This document shows, piece by piece, positions 63,063-64,000 of a stretch of 64,000 bases of DNA. A program made the position numbers and the translations under genes. The notes under the pieces are model-generated. The model ran no database searches. It had not been told where the DNA came from and was given only the letters and a program-made list of their open reading frames with translations. The stretch spans positions 7,040,001-7,104,000 of the forward strand of contig OZ244207.1 of NCBI GenBank assembly GCA_965216875.1. The letters run 5' to 3'. Origin of the DNA: Rubripirellula sp. Lineage in GTDB: Bacteria; Planctomycetota; Planctomycetia; Pirellulales; Pirellulaceae. The first letter of the stretch is position 1, and every line of letters starts with the position of its first letter.

Positions 63063-64000
63063 CTATTTTGTGCGGTTTTGCTGGCGGTATTCGCCTGGTG
63101 TTGTACCAAAGTATTGTCGGAAAGCTTGTGACAATGACGCGCCGGTGGAGAAACCTGCGTCGGATGCGATCGTGGCGACAGGTTTGTCGGAATCGAGCAA
63201 CATCCGACCGACGTAGGCCATTCGAACCCGGCGGATTTCTTCGGCAGGACTGCGATTGAGCTCTGCGCGGAAACGTTGTTCCAGTCGGCGCCGCGAAATT
63301 GGGAATGCCTTTAGCAGGTCGGCCACCGTGATGCCTCGCGGAGCTCGGTCGCGAATATACTCGAGTACTCCCGCAATTTCGCTGTCAGGCATTGCGAGGA
63401 TATCCGTCGAGTGCCTTGCTCGAACGCGAAGCGGTGGCACGAGTGTCTCGCGTTTGGGGGCTACACCACCGCTCATCATTTTGGCCAATAGCTTGGCTGC
63501 GGTTTCACCGATTCGGTGACTGGCGAGTTCGACCGCCGAAATCTGAGGGGAGGCAACGTTGCACAACAATTCGTCATCGTCCCCCGAAAGCACAGCGACT
63601 TCGTCGGGAATCCCAATCGACTCGGCTGAACAGATTTCGATAAGTTGTCGCGCCGGATAAGGATCAGCTGCAAAAACACCCAACGGACGCGGTAACGTAC
63701 TGAGCCAACGTCTTACTGACGAGTAGTTCGTCAACCATCCCGATTCATCATCACCGGCGGCATCGTACATCGCACATTGATATCCGCCGGAGGCAACCGC
63801 ATTTGCGAACGCGGCCGGACGCACGTCGGAGTACCGACCGATCGGGGGCGCATAGCAGGCAAAGTGTTTGAGGCCTCGATCACGGAAATGCTCGAACGCC
63901 ATTTTTCCGCGGACCGCGTCATCCGTTGCCACGCGCGCAAGCCAGTCATGCTTGGGCACCATGATGCCTACGTCGACCACCGGCAGTCTCAGGTTTTTGA
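63063..64000 (-). CDS. XylR-type transcriptional regulator (periplasmic-binding-like sensor plus AraC HTH), 5'-partial
   Basis: LPRPLGVFAADP, IPDEVAVLSGDDD, SRRRLEQRF, IASDAGFS...FGTTPGEYR. Confidence 0.9.
   Translation of the reverse strand, partial: KNLRLPVVDVGIMVPKHDWLARVATDDAVRGKMAFEHFRDRGLKHFACYAPPIGRYSDVRPAAFANAVASGGYQCAMYDAAGDDESGWLTNYSSVRRWLSTLPRPLGVFAADPYPARQLIEICSAESIGIPDEVAVLSGDDDELLCNVASPQISAVELASHRIGETAAKLLAKMMSGGVAPKRETLVPPLRVRARHSTDILAMPDSEIAGVLEYIRDRAPRGITVADLLKAFPISRRRLEQRFRAELNRSPAEEIRRVRMAYVGRMLLDSDKPVATIASDAGFSTGASLSQAFRQYFGTTPGEYRQQNRTK

Noticed and set aside
57736..64000. Genomic island integrated at tRNA-Asp
   Set aside because: No integrase, no duplicated tRNA 3' end noticed, and the downstream genes are typical planctomycete families

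Overview
Gene-dense, GC-rich bacterial chromosomal window. It is most likely from a planctomycete (Pirellulaceae-like), inferred from two DUF1553/DUF1501-type gene pairs with planctomycete cytochrome c motifs, three sulfatases, Ser/Thr kinases and a kinase-linked ECF sigma factor. It carries housekeeping genes (purU, hisS, lnt, an EF-G paralog, nadK, tdk, sucB, miaA, tRNA-Asp), ABC transporters and many secreted or hypothetical proteins. No integrase, transposase, phage gene or CRISPR array was seen. The notable points are: (1) an unannotated rod-shaped RNA resembling a compact 6S RNA, with its own terminator (about 43034-43240), divergent from an ECF sigma gene whose partner kinase has lost its catalytic residues; (2) a membrane-anchored DNase I-fold protein lacking its recognisable catalytic residues; (3) about nine families of REP/REPIN-like palindromes, some with compensatory changes, stacked in composite clusters, four of which supply gene stop codons and one of which lies in a predicted signal peptide; (4) an EF-G paralog with a His-to-Tyr change in G3 and a domain IV insertion. 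All family assignments are from motif recognition by eye; no database searches were run.
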